64,000 nucleotides of DNA from Candidatus Eiseniibacteriota bacterium (GTDB taxonomy: Bacteria > Eisenbacteria > RBG-16-71-46 > CAZAMP01). The notes beneath the pieces are model-generated. The model saw only the letters and a program-made list of their open reading frames with translations. It searched no databases and was not told where the DNA came from. Positions within the stretch are counted from its first letter, which is position 1. Each line of letters begins with the position of its first letter. Where the stretch lies: contig OZ245046.1 of assembly GCA_965224245.1 (NCBI GenBank), positions 3,552,001 to 3,616,000 on the forward strand, written 5' to 3'. Position numbers and translations under genes: made by a program. Of the stretch, positions 7,782 to 17,958 are shown piece by piece.

Positions 7782-9821
7782 ATGAGCTCTGACGACACGA
7801 CCCGGTCAGGTCGCTCGGCGACGAACGCGGCGACGAACGCGGCGACGAACGCGGCACCGGACGCGGTGGCGATCGCGACGGCGGCCGTCTGCATCACGCT
7901 GGTCGCCACGGCCACCGGGGTCACGACCGCCGAGACGTTCCTGTTTCCCGAGCTACCCCCTGTCCGCCTCGGCGAGGTCGCGCCCCGGCTCCTGTCGTCG
8001 GCTCTCCGCTACGCGCCGGTGTCCGCGCTCGTGCTGGTCGCGCTCATCCTCGGGCGCCGGATCTTCGCCCGCCTCCGCCGCGGCCCGGCACGGATCGAGG
8101 CGACCGGGCTGACGTTCGCGCTGGCGGCGCCGCCGATCGTCGTCCTGTGGGTCGGACAGCGTCTCGCGACCGGCGCCGCGGCCGGCGCGCTCGTCGGGGC
8201 GGCGATCCTGGCGATCACCATCGGGTGGATCGCGTCCCGGGCCCGTCGGCCCGCGATCGCCGCCGCACACGTCGTGCTCGCCGCGACGTTCGTTCTCGCG
8301 GCCCCGCGCCTGGCGTCGACGACGCCCATTCCCGGGCGCCCGCTGGCCTCGGCCGACGGGCTGCGCGTCGTCCTCCTGGGTCTCGACGGCGCGACGTGGG
8401 CGATCATCGATCCCATGATCGCCGATGGAGAGCTGCCGACGCTGGCGGGCCTGCGCGCGCGCGGCGCGTCGGGCCCCCTCCGCTCGCTCGAGCCCACGCT
8501 GTCCAATCGCGTCTGGACCAGCGCCGCGACCGGCGTCACCCCCGATCGCCACGGCATCACCGACTTCTTCTTCGATCGGCGGCTCATCCGGGTGCCCACG
8601 ATCTGGGATCTCGTGGACGCCCGGGACGGGCGCGTGGGCATCTTCGAATACCTCGTGACCGAGCCACCGCTCGAGGTGAACGGTTTCTCGCTCCCGGGAT
8701 GGTGGGCGAACAACCCAACGGCGACCCATCCACCCGGTCTCGTGCGGCGCGTTCGCCTCGTCGCCGCGATGCACCATCCGTGGGCGGTGGCCCGCTACGC
8801 GCTCCACCGCCTGGCGCCCGATCCACGCACCGGCGAGCGCGCGCGCATGCAGTCGGTGCTGAAGGCGACCGCGTTCACGATCCTGCACCAGCGCTACCGT
8901 CCCGATCTGGCCGCCTGTATCTGGTACGGCACCGATCGACTCGGGCACAAGATGTGGCGTTACTTCGAGCCCGAGTGGTTCGCCGACGACCGCCCCAAAG
9001 GGACCGACGGCACGTCGGGAGACCGGTATCGCGACACGATCCCCGCCTACTACCGTGCCGCAGACACCGCGCTCGGCCGCGTGATCTCGGCGCTCGACGA
9101 CGGCCACACGCTCTTCATCGTGATGTCCGATCACGGCATGGGTCCGACCGAGGCCGTTCGCATCACGGGCTACTCGCGGGGCGCCCGTCTGCTGGCCGCT
9201 CTCGGGCTCGACGACGACGTCTACGTGGAGAACCCCCACGCCGAGATGTTCCTGAACTGCCGGATGGAGGGACGCACCGAGCCCTGGTCGGTGACCCCCG
9301 ACCAGCAGGCCGCGGTCGTCGAGCGCGCGGCCGAGCGGATCGCGTCCGTCACACGCGCCGATACCGGCGAGCCGCTCTTCGAGGTCGAGGTCGGTGACCT
9401 TCGCAAGGTGGATCTGAAGGTGCGGGTTCGCGACCCCGAGCGGCTCTCGGACCGGACACCGGTCCGCATCGACGGGCGAACGCTCCCCGCCGAGAGAATC
9501 ATCCAGCTCGTGGAGGTGTCGGGTACCCACCGCATCGACGGCATCCTGGCCATGCTCGGGCCCGGCGTGCGCAGAGGCGCCCGACTCGACGGGGCGGTGA
9601 TCACCGACGTCGCGCCGACGGCGCTGCGGGCGCTCGGCCTGCCGATCGCCGAGGATCTGGACGGACGGTTCCTCGAGGATGCGTTCGACGGACGCTGGCG
9701 CGCGAGCCATCTGGCGCGCACGGTCCCCACGTTCGGCACCTCCGAGGACTCCCTGATCGTGCCCGTCACGCCGAGCGAGGAGCTGATCGAGCAGCTCCGA
9801 AGCCTCGGCTACATCAACTGA
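7782..9821 (+). CDS. membrane-anchored alkaline-phosphatase-superfamily protein (type I phosphodiesterase/nucleotide pyrophosphatase-like)
   Basis: About 5 N-terminal hydrophobic helices, then VVLLGLDGATW, PTLSNRVWTSAATG, DRLGH, MSDHGM and C-terminal QLRSLGYI. Confidence 0.85.
   Translation: MSSDDTTRSGRSATNAATNAATNAAPDAVAIATAAVCITLVATATGVTTAETFLFPELPPVRLGEVAPRLLSSALRYAPVSALVLVALILGRRIFARLRRGPARIEATGLTFALAAPPIVVLWVGQRLATGAAAGALVGAAILAITIGWIASRARRPAIAAAHVVLAATFVLAAPRLASTTPIPGRPLASADGLRVVLLGLDGATWAIIDPMIADGELPTLAGLRARGASGPLRSLEPTLSNRVWTSAATGVTPDRHGITDFFFDRRLIRVPTIWDLVDARDGRVGIFEYLVTEPPLEVNGFSLPGWWANNPTATHPPGLVRRVRLVAAMHHPWAVARYALHRLAPDPRTGERARMQSVLKATAFTILHQRYRPDLAACIWYGTDRLGHKMWRYFEPEWFADDRPKGTDGTSGDRYRDTIPAYYRAADTALGRVISALDDGHTLFIVMSDHGMGPTEAVRITGYSRGARLLAALGLDDDVYVENPHAEMFLNCRMEGRTEPWSVTPDQQAAVVERAAERIASVTRADTGEPLFEVEVGDLRKVDLKVRVRDPERLSDRTPVRIDGRTLPAERIIQLVEVSGTHRIDGILAMLGPGVRRGARLDGAVITDVAPTALRALGLPIAEDLDGRFLEDAFDGRWRASHLARTVPTFGTSEDSLIVPVTPSEELIEQLRSLGYIN
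7817..7855 (+). repeat. 12-bp in-frame tandem repeat (GGCGACGAACGC x3) encoding ATNA x3
   Basis: Directly visible in the sequence. Confidence 0.9.
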
Positions 9822-9965
9822 GCCGCCGCTGGCGCGCTCGTGGTCGGGCGCGCCCCGATGGGCGAAACCGCTTCGGCCGATTTGCCAGCGCCTCCCCCAA
9901 TGCCTACAGTGACGGGTTCACGACACGTCGGCCAGGAGGCCGACTTCACGAACCAAGGAGTTGGG

Positions 9966-10985
9966 ATGGCCAGAGGAGACTTTGGCGAGTTCGGAGAATT
10001 CCGGGAGATCAAGCTCCCGGAGAACTCCGCGCGGCTCGTCCGCATGGTCCTCCTGGTGATGATCGTGCTCGGCGCCGTGCTGTCGTCGTTCTACACCGTC
10101 GGACCGGAGGAGATCGGCGTCGTGACGCGCTTCGGCGCGTACCAGCGGGTGACCGACCCCGGCCTGAACTTCAGACTCCCCTTCGGGATCGAACGCGTGG
10201 CGAAGGTCGAGGTCGAGCGCCAGCAGAAGGCGGAGTTCGGCTTCGCCACCGAGCGCATCGTGGGCAGCCGCGCGCGGTACTCCGATCGCGACTTCGCGGA
10301 CGAATCGCTGATGCTCACCGGCGACCTCAACGCCGCGTCGGTCGAGTGGGTCGTGCAGTACCGCATCCTCGACCCGTACGCGTGGCTCTTCAAGGTGCGC
10401 GGCGTCCGCGAGACGTTCCGCGACATGACCGAGGCCGTGATGCGGCGCGTCGTCGGAGACCGCACCGTCAACGAGGTGCTGACCATCGGACGCCAGGAGC
10501 TGGCGAGCACGGTCGAGCAGGAGCTGCAGGAGCTGTGCGACCAGTACGAGACCGGGATCCGCGTGGAGCAGGTCGTGCTCCAGGACGTGAACCCGCCCGA
10601 GGAGGTGAAGCCGTCGTTCAACGAGGTCAACGAGGCCCAGCAGGAGCGCGAGCGGCTCATCAACCAGGCGCTGGGCGAGTACAACCGCATCATCCCCAAA
10701 GCGCGCGGTGACGCGCTGAAGACGATCCAGGAGGCCGAGGGCTACTACCTGGAGCGCGTGAACGAGGCGCGCGGCGACTCCGCCCGCTTCGTGGCGCTCT
10801 TCGAGGCCTACCGGGCCGCCCCTGCGGTCACGCGCAAGCGGCTCTTCCTGGAGACGATGACCGACGTGCTGGAGAGCGTCGATCGCAAGGTCATCCTGGA
10901 CGACGGCGTCGAAGGCGTGCTGCCGCTGATGAACCTGGACAAGCTCGGTACGCTGGATCGCACCGCCAAGGAGGCCGACCGATGA
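9966..10985 (+). CDS. hflK: FtsH protease modulator HflK
   Basis: SPFH domain, MLTGDLN, LQDVNPPEEVKPSFNEVNEAQQE; AAGGAG RBS; paired with hflC. Confidence 0.95.
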   Translation: MARGDFGEFGEFREIKLPENSARLVRMVLLVMIVLGAVLSSFYTVGPEEIGVVTRFGAYQRVTDPGLNFRLPFGIERVAKVEVERQQKAEFGFATERIVGSRARYSDRDFADESLMLTGDLNAASVEWVVQYRILDPYAWLFKVRGVRETFRDMTEAVMRRVVGDRTVNEVLTIGRQELASTVEQELQELCDQYETGIRVEQVVLQDVNPPEEVKPSFNEVNEAQQERERLINQALGEYNRIIPKARGDALKTIQEAEGYYLERVNEARGDSARFVALFEAYRAAPAVTRKRLFLETMTDVLESVDRKVILDDGVEGVLPLMNLDKLGTLDRTAKEADR

Positions 10986-11929
10986 ACGCCCGAACCGGAG
11001 TCCTGATCGCGCTGGCGTTCATCGCGTTCATCACGCTTCGCGGCTCGGTCTTCGTCGTACAGGAAACCGAGCAGATCATGCTCACGCAGTTCCGCAAGCC
11101 CGTGGACCGGCAGATCAACACGCCCGGGCTCAAGTTCAAGGTGCCGTTCATCCAGGAGGTCCATCGCTTCGAGAAGCGCTACCTGGCCTGGGACGGCGAC
11201 CGCAACCAGCTCCCCACGCGCGACAAGCGCTTCATCTTCGTCGACGCGTACGCGCGCTGGCACATCACCGATCCGCTCCTGTACTTCCAGCGGCTCCGCG
11301 ACGAGCGCGGCGCGCAGACGCGGCTGGCCGACATCCTGGACGGAGAGACGCGAAACGCGATCGCCAACCACGACCTGATCGAGGTCATCCGCACGTCGAA
11401 CCGCGAGGCGCTTCCCGATCTCACCGAGGAGGGCGAAGGCCTGCTCGTGCTGGATCCGATCTCCGTGGGGCGGGACAAGATCCGACAGGAGATCCTGGCC
11501 AAGGCGCAGGAGCGCACCGAGGATCTCGGCATCGAGATCCTCGACTTCCAGTTCAAGCGGATCAACTACGTCCCCGAGGTGCGCCGCAAGGTGTACGAGC
11601 GCATGATCACCGAGCGCAAGCGCATCGCCGATCGGTTCCGCTCCGAGGGCCAGGGCGAGGCCTCGCGCATCCAGGGCGACAAGGACCGCGACCTGAAGCA
11701 GATCCGGTCCGACGCGTACCGGCAGGCCCAGGAGATCGTCGGGCGCGCGGACTCCGAGGCCACGCGCATCTACGCGGCCGCGTACGATCAGTCACCGCAG
11801 GCGAGGGAGTTCTACTCGTTCCTGAAGACGATGGAGTCCTACAGCCGGGCCATCGACCCGGGGACGACACTGCTGATGTCCACCGACGGTGAGTTCTTTC
11901 GGTACCTGAAGGACTCGGAGGCCGAATAG
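10982..11929 (+). CDS. hflC: FtsH protease modulator HflC
   Basis: PGLKFKVPFIQ, VDAYARWHITDPL, YERMITERKRIA; 4-bp overlap with hflK. Confidence 0.95.
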   Translation: MNARTGVLIALAFIAFITLRGSVFVVQETEQIMLTQFRKPVDRQINTPGLKFKVPFIQEVHRFEKRYLAWDGDRNQLPTRDKRFIFVDAYARWHITDPLLYFQRLRDERGAQTRLADILDGETRNAIANHDLIEVIRTSNREALPDLTEEGEGLLVLDPISVGRDKIRQEILAKAQERTEDLGIEILDFQFKRINYVPEVRRKVYERMITERKRIADRFRSEGQGEASRIQGDKDRDLKQIRSDAYRQAQEIVGRADSEATRIYAAAYDQSPQAREFYSFLKTMESYSRAIDPGTTLLMSTDGEFFRYLKDSEAE

Positions 11930-11940
11930 CGAGGACTGTC

Positions 11941-12732
11941 ATGGATCTCGGCATCGAGGGACGTCGCGCGCTCGTGGCGGCCGCCAGCTCGGGGCTGGGG
12001 CTGGCCTCGGCCGAGGCGCTGGCCGCCGAGGGCGCCGCCGTCGTCCTGCTCGCGCGTGACCCGGGTCGGCTGGCCGCCGCCGCCGATCGCATCGCGGAGG
12101 CCGCCGGTCGCCGGCCCGAGACGCACTCGGTCGACGTGGCGAACGGCGACGCTCTCGGGGCCGCGATCGCGGCCGTCGAGGCCGGCGGCCCCGTCGACAT
12201 CCTGGTCACGAACTCCGGGGGTCCCCCGGCGAAGCTCTTCCTGGAGACCACGCCCGAGGACTGGCAGCAGGCGGTCGACCTGATGTTGATGAGCACCGTG
12301 CGACTCGTCCACGGGGTGCTTCCCGGCATGCTCGCGCGCGGCTGGGGTCGCATCGTCTGCATCACGTCGGTGGCGGCCAAGGAGCCCGTGGAGAACCTGG
12401 TCCTGTCCAACGCGATCCGCGCCGGGGTGACCGGGCTGGCCAAAAGCCTCAGCCGCGAGGTCGGTGCGAACGGCGTGCTCGTGAACACGATCGCGCCCGG
12501 ATTCCACGACACCCCGGCGCTGGACCGCCTGGTCGCCAAGCTCGTCGAGCAGGGCGCGGTACCCGACGCCGAGGCCGCCTACGAGGGCTGGCGTCGGGCC
12601 GTTCCGGTGGGCCGCATCGGCGACACGGCGGCGTTCGGACGCATGGTGGCGTTCCTGGCCTCCGACGCGTGCGACTATCTGACCGGCACCAATCTGCCGG
12701 TCGACGGCGGACGCACCCGCGCGACCTTCTGA
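11941..12732 (+). CDS. short-chain dehydrogenase/reductase (3-oxoacyl-ACP reductase-like)
   Basis: ALVAAASSGLG, DILVTNSGGPP, LSNAIRAG, VNTIAPG, VDGG. Confidence 0.92.
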   Translation: MDLGIEGRRALVAAASSGLGLASAEALAAEGAAVVLLARDPGRLAAAADRIAEAAGRRPETHSVDVANGDALGAAIAAVEAGGPVDILVTNSGGPPAKLFLETTPEDWQQAVDLMLMSTVRLVHGVLPGMLARGWGRIVCITSVAAKEPVENLVLSNAIRAGVTGLAKSLSREVGANGVLVNTIAPGFHDTPALDRLVAKLVEQGAVPDAEAAYEGWRRAVPVGRIGDTAAFGRMVAFLASDACDYLTGTNLPVDGGRTRATF

Positions 12733-12763
12733 CCCGAGGGTGCCCGACGAGAGGAGATTCTCG

Positions 12764-13048
12764 ATGTGCCGGAACATCCGCCCGCTGTTCAACTTCGATC
12801 CCCCGGCCACCGACGAGGAGATCCGGGCCGCGTCGCTGCAGTACGTGCGCAAGGTGAGCGGCTCCACGAAGCCGTCGCAGGCCAACGCGGCCGCCTTCGA
12901 TCGCGCGGTGACCGACGTGGCGCGGGCCACGTCCCGGCTGCTCGACTCGCTCGTGACGTCCGCCCCGTCGAAGAACCGGGACGAAGAGGCCGCCAAGGCG
13001 CGCGCCCGGGCGGCCAAGCGCTTTCCGGAGCGGTCGACGACCCGTTGA
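12764..13048 (+). CDS. DUF2277 family protein
   Basis: MCRNIRPLFNFDPPATDEEIRAASLQYVRKVSG signature; GAGGAG RBS. Confidence 0.9.
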   Translation: MCRNIRPLFNFDPPATDEEIRAASLQYVRKVSGSTKPSQANAAAFDRAVTDVARATSRLLDSLVTSAPSKNRDEEAAKARARAAKRFPERSTTR

Positions 13049-13062
13049 CCGCCGGCCCCACG

Positions 13063-13617
13063 TCACCTCTCGCGCGGCGTCCAGGGCTGATCGGCGATCC
13101 CCGCGCGGCGATTCGCGAGACGCGCCGCCATGAAGAGGTAGTCGGAGAGGCGGTTCAGATAGCGGAGCGCCGACTCGTGCGTATCGTCGGCACGGACGAG
13201 CACGAGCACCCGCCGCTCGGCCCGCCGGATGACCGCACGCGCATGCTGGAGCGCGGCCGCGGCCACACCGCCCCCGGGCAGGATGAACGTCTTCAACGGC
13301 GGCAGCTCGGCGTCGGCCTCGTCGATCCACGTCTCGAGGAGCGAAATGTCCGCCTCGTCCACACGATCCCGAATCGAATCGGGTCGCCGATCGCCCGGCG
13401 TGGCCAGCGCGGCGCCGAGCTCGAACAGCCGTCGCTGAATCTCGATCAGCCGCTCCCCGAGCTCGGGATCGCCGAGGGCGGCGATGGCGCTGCCGATCAC
13501 GGCGTTCGCCTCGTCGACGGTGCCGTACGCCTCGACGCGGGCGTGGTCCTTCGGCACGCGCTGCCCGCCGAAGAGCCCCGTCTCGCCCCCGTCCCCGGTT
13601 CTGGTGTAGATCTTCAT
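13063..13617 (-). CDS. ATP:cob(I)alamin adenosyltransferase (PduO type)
   Basis: MKIYTRTGDGGETGL, AYGTVDEAN, FILPGG, RAVIRRAER, YLNRLSDYLF. Confidence 0.95.
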   Translation of the reverse strand: MKIYTRTGDGGETGLFGGQRVPKDHARVEAYGTVDEANAVIGSAIAALGDPELGERLIEIQRRLFELGAALATPGDRRPDSIRDRVDEADISLLETWIDEADAELPPLKTFILPGGGVAAAALQHARAVIRRAERRVLVLVRADDTHESALRYLNRLSDYLFMAARLANRRAGIADQPWTPRER

Positions 13618-13940
13618 GCTCCCTCCGCGCCGGTGAGGGTACCGACGACCGGCCACGCTGGCAAACCTCGGGCAGGCGGCACCCGTACGCGGAGCTCGAG
13701 CGGCCGGCCCCGATCCAGCGACGACGCGTCTCCCCGGGTGAGACGTTCGCAACCACCGCCGTCGCCCACGAGGCGATTCTCCGAACGGTCGGTCGCGAGC
13801 CGCCGCGGACGTCGTGGGCCGGCCCCTCCGCACGGTCGAACTCCGTTGGCCGTTCTGTCGCGCGTGGCTGGCGCGTGAGCTCGGTGCGCGATAGACTCGC
13901 CCGTTCCCATTGCACGGCGCACCTCCACCAGGAGATCCCG

Positions 13941-15470
13941 ATGAAGTGCAAACCGCGAGCCGGCCGCGCGAGTGCGCTCGGTATCGCTCTTTGGATCGCG
14001 AGCGGCATCGTCGGCCCCACGTCGGCGGGGCTCGCCGATCTCGAGTCACAGGTCGTCGAGTTCACGCTGGACAACGGCCTCAGGTTCATCGTCCTCGAGC
14101 GTCCCACCGCGCCCGTCTTCTCGTTCTGCACCCAGATCGACGCGGGCGGGGTCGACGAGGTCCCCGGCGTGACCGGCGTCGCCCACATGTTCGAGCACAT
14201 GGCGTTCAAGGGGACGCGCACGATCGGGACCACCGACTTCGCATCGGAGGTCGAGGCCCTGGCCAGGGTCGACGCCGACTTCGACGCCTGGCTCGACGAG
14301 CGCCGCAAGGGTCCCGATGCCGACGCCGAGCAACTGGCGGAGCTGCGGGCCACGCTCGACGCGTCGATCGCGACCGCCCAGACGTTCGTGAAGACCAACG
14401 AGTTCACCGAGATCCTGGAGCGAAACGGCGTGTCCGGCCTGAACGCCCAGACCGCGCTCGACTGGACCCGCTATTTCTACAGCCTCCCCGCCAACCGGCT
14501 CGAGCTGTGGGCCAGGCTGGAGGGCGATCGACTCTCTCGCCCGGTGCTGCGAGAGTTCAACGTCGAGCGCAACGTCGTCATCGAAGAGCGGCGGACGCGC
14601 TTCGAGTCCAGCCCCCAGGGCCGGCTCATGGGGGCGTTGTTCGGGCTGACGTTCCCGGCTCATCCGTACGGCGACGGCGTCATCGGGCATCGATCCGACC
14701 TGGAGACGTTCTCGCGAGACGACGCCCGGCGGTTCTGGGAGCGCTACTACGTGGCGTCCAACATGTGCGTCGTCGTCGTGGGCGGGATCACCGTCGACGA
14801 CGTGAAGCAGATGGCCCGGACGTACTTCTCGGACGTGCCGGCGGGGCCGCGCCCGTCCCCGGTCGACACGATCGAGCCCGAACAGACCGCCGAGCGTCGC
14901 ATCACGATGATCGACGACGCTCAGCCGACGGTCATGCTGAACTACCCGATTCCGGCCAACACCGACCCCGACTACACCGCCTACGAACTCCTCGGGGGCA
15001 TTCTCGGAGGCGGACGCACGAGCCGGCTCTACACCGCGCTCGTGAAGGAGCAGGGGCTCTGCGCCCAGATCTTCGCCACCGCGGGCTTCCCGGGCGAGCG
15101 GTACGCCAACGCGCTTCTGGTGTACGCGATCGTGTCCGCCGGTAAGGACCCCTACGACGTGGAGCACGAGATCTACCGGCTCCTCGAGGAGGACATCGCC
15201 GAGAACCCGATCACCGAGGCCGAGCTGGACCGCATGCTTACCGAGGTGAAGGCGTCGCAGATCCGCGGCTCCCGGACGAATCTGGGCCTCGCGCAGAACC
15301 TCGCGATGATGCAGAGCCTCGTCGGCGACTGGCGCGAGTTCTTCCACATCGAGGAGCGTCTCGACGCCGTGAGCGTCGACGACCTGAACCGGGTCGCCCG
15401 CAAGACGTTCACCCGGGCGCAACGCAACGTCGCCATGCTCGTCAACTCCAGTGACGAAGGAGGCGAGTGA
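13941..15470 (+). CDS. M16 family zinc peptidase, catalytic subunit, exported
   Basis: Signal peptide, TLDNGL, inverted zinc motif GVAHMFEHMAFKG, ERNVVIEERR. Confidence 0.93.
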   Translation: MKCKPRAGRASALGIALWIASGIVGPTSAGLADLESQVVEFTLDNGLRFIVLERPTAPVFSFCTQIDAGGVDEVPGVTGVAHMFEHMAFKGTRTIGTTDFASEVEALARVDADFDAWLDERRKGPDADAEQLAELRATLDASIATAQTFVKTNEFTEILERNGVSGLNAQTALDWTRYFYSLPANRLELWARLEGDRLSRPVLREFNVERNVVIEERRTRFESSPQGRLMGALFGLTFPAHPYGDGVIGHRSDLETFSRDDARRFWERYYVASNMCVVVVGGITVDDVKQMARTYFSDVPAGPRPSPVDTIEPEQTAERRITMIDDAQPTVMLNYPIPANTDPDYTAYELLGGILGGGRTSRLYTALVKEQGLCAQIFATAGFPGERYANALLVYAIVSAGKDPYDVEHEIYRLLEEDIAENPITEAELDRMLTEVKASQIRGSRTNLGLAQNLAMMQSLVGDWREFFHIEERLDAVSVDDLNRVARKTFTRAQRNVAMLVNSSDEGGE

Positions 15471-15471
15471 C

Positions 15472-17658
15472 ATGATCAGCCACGTCGATCAACGAGTCGT
15501 CATGGGCGTCGCCACCGCCGGCGCCCTCGTGCTCGGATGCGCCGGAGGCCATCCTTCCGGCGCCCGGGACGTCGCCTCGCTCACGGCCGGGACCGACCTC
15601 GTCGACCCACTGTCGATACCGATCCCACCGCTGGCCGACATCGACGTACCGGAGCCCCGGCGCTTCGAGCTCGACAACGGAATGATCGTGTTCCTGCTCG
15701 AGGATCGCGAGTTCCCGATGATCGAGGTGCGCCTGTTGACCGCGGGCGGCAGCGCGTGGGACCCCCGGCCGATCGTCGGTCTGGCCGAGATGACCGCGGA
15801 GGTCATGCGCACCGGCGGCACCGAGCGCTTTCCCGGCGACGAGCTGGATCTCGCGCTCGAGAACACGGGCACCACGTTGAACGTCTCGGCCGGCGAGCGC
15901 ACGTTCGTCACCAGCCTCTCGACGCTCACCGAGAACCTGGACGGTGGCCTCGACATGCTCTCGGACGTCGTGCGGCACCCGAGCTTCCCGGACGAGAAGA
16001 TCGAGCTGGCCAAGTCGCAGGAACGGACCGCCATCGCCTCGCGCAACGACGAGGCCCTCGACATCGCGTTTCGCGAGCTCGCCACCGTGGTCTACGGCTC
16101 GGACAGCCCCTACGGCTGGCACACCGAGTACGCGACCATCGCCGCGATCGACGCGGGCGCCATGGCGATGATGCACGAGACGTTCTTTCATCCCAACACG
16201 ACGATGCTGGTCGCCTGGGGCGACTTCCAGTCCGACGAGATGCTGGGGCGGATCCGCGAGACGTTCGGCGACTGGGCGCGCTCGGACATCGAGGTCCCCG
16301 ATCCCCCGGCCGTGCCCACCGATGCGCCGGCGGGTCTCTTCCACGCCGAGAAGCCCGACGTCACCAACTCGGTCATCCTGATCGGAGACATCGGCATCCG
16401 GCGCGACGACCCGGACTACGCCGCGGCGATGGTCCTTCAGGAGGCCCTCGGAGGCGGGTTCAGCTCCCGCATCTTCGGCGAGATCCGCACGCGGCGCGGC
16501 CTCGCGTACAGCGCGGGCAGCGCGGTCCAGGCGCCGCTGTCCCGCCCCGGGATCGTGGCCGGCTACGTCATGACGCAGGTCGACTCGACCGTCACCACGC
16601 TGCGGCTCCTGGTCCACGAGTTCGAGCGCATCCGCGACGCACCCATCACCGGCGACGAGCTCGACCGCGCGAAGGACGCGCTCCTGAACGCGTTCGTGTT
16701 TCAGTTCGAGTCGCGGGGCGAGCTGGCGCTCCGGAGGGCGCGCTTCGAGTTCTTCGGCTATCCGCCGGACTTCCTCGCCGGCTACCAGGACGCAGTCGCG
16801 GCGGTCACCGCGGCCGACGTGCAGCGTGTGGCGCAGCGCCTCTTGCGTCCCGAGAGCTGGAAAATCCTCGTGGTGGGTCCCGGGGAGGATTTCGCCGAGC
16901 CCCTGAGCGCGTTCGCTCCGGTGACGCCGGTGGACATCACGATCCCGCCGCCGCCGGCCACGGCGTCGATCCCCACGCCCACGTCCGCGAGCCGAGCCGC
17001 CGGGCGGGCGCTCCTGGACGCGGTCATCGAGGCCTACGGCGGATCGGCCAGGATCGACGGGATCCGTGACGTGACGCAGGTCTCGAGCGGCGTGGCCAGG
17101 GTTCAGGGAATGGAGCTCCAGATCGGGCTGAAGTCGGTGCTGGATCTGGCCGGCCGGCGGCTCTACAACGAGCAGAGCGTCATGGGCCAGGTCAGCAAGC
17201 AGATCGTGGTGGGCGACGAGGGCTGGATGGTCAGCCCGATGGGAAGCCAGGACCTGCCCGCCGAGGACGCCGCGAGCCAGTGGACGGACGAGCTCGCGGA
17301 CGGCAGCGTGTATCTCTTCCAGCACGCCGAGGAGGTCGACGTCCAGGCCCTCGATCCCGCCGACGTGGACGGCGCGACGTGTGACGTCCTGCACGTCGTC
17401 AGCACCGGTGAGGACCTCGTGCGGTTCTACATCCACCCCGAGACGCGCCGGATCGTCCACATCGTCCAGCAGGGCAAGGACCCGATGACCCAGGCGCCGG
17501 CCGAGCTGAGCGTCGACGTCGTCGACTGGACGGTCGTGGACGGCGTCGTCTTCCCCACCGAGACGAACATGTTCGTGAACGGCGAGCCGTTCTTCTCGAT
17601 GACCACGAGCGAGATCGACGTCAACGCCGGCGTCGACGACGCGCTGTTCGCACGATGA
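15472..17658 (+). CDS. M16 family non-catalytic partner subunit, probable lipoprotein, with extra C-terminal beta-rich domain
   Basis: LVLGC lipobox, ELDNGM, no HxxEH, LGGGFSSRIFGEIRTRRGLAYS; about 220-aa tail after a Pro-rich linker. Confidence 0.88.
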   Translation: MISHVDQRVVMGVATAGALVLGCAGGHPSGARDVASLTAGTDLVDPLSIPIPPLADIDVPEPRRFELDNGMIVFLLEDREFPMIEVRLLTAGGSAWDPRPIVGLAEMTAEVMRTGGTERFPGDELDLALENTGTTLNVSAGERTFVTSLSTLTENLDGGLDMLSDVVRHPSFPDEKIELAKSQERTAIASRNDEALDIAFRELATVVYGSDSPYGWHTEYATIAAIDAGAMAMMHETFFHPNTTMLVAWGDFQSDEMLGRIRETFGDWARSDIEVPDPPAVPTDAPAGLFHAEKPDVTNSVILIGDIGIRRDDPDYAAAMVLQEALGGGFSSRIFGEIRTRRGLAYSAGSAVQAPLSRPGIVAGYVMTQVDSTVTTLRLLVHEFERIRDAPITGDELDRAKDALLNAFVFQFESRGELALRRARFEFFGYPPDFLAGYQDAVAAVTAADVQRVAQRLLRPESWKILVVGPGEDFAEPLSAFAPVTPVDITIPPPPATASIPTPTSASRAAGRALLDAVIEAYGGSARIDGIRDVTQVSSGVARVQGMELQIGLKSVLDLAGRRLYNEQSVMGQVSKQIVVGDEGWMVSPMGSQDLPAEDAASQWTDELADGSVYLFQHAEEVDVQALDPADVDGATCDVLHVVSTGEDLVRFYIHPETRRIVHIVQQGKDPMTQAPAELSVDVVDWTVVDGVVFPTETNMFVNGEPFFSMTTSEIDVNAGVDDALFAR

Positions 17659-17958
17659 CGGGGCGGGGCACCGGGGCCGCGGCCCGGTGCCCCGACCCGG
17701 TGTCCACCCGCCGTGACCCCATCCGGCGCCGGCCTGGGCGCCCGGCCTCCGCCGTCTCGGTCGCCGCCGGCCACCGTTCCGGTTTCCGACTCCGTCGGTG
17801 TGTGGTAGCCTCGTTCGCTTTGGTCGGAACGGGGCCACCGGAGGCACACGATCGGCGACGGCCGTGTGGGCGATCATCTTCAGGTTTGGGCTCGGACCGG
17901 CGCCGCGCGCCCCAAGACCGCCGACGCTCGTCCGACGCGCCCGGAAAGCGATGTCGCG

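Noticed and set aside
7817-7855. 12-bp tandem repeat as a phase-variation switch
   Set aside because: The unit is a multiple of 3 in a low-complexity N-terminus, so copy changes would not shift the frame.
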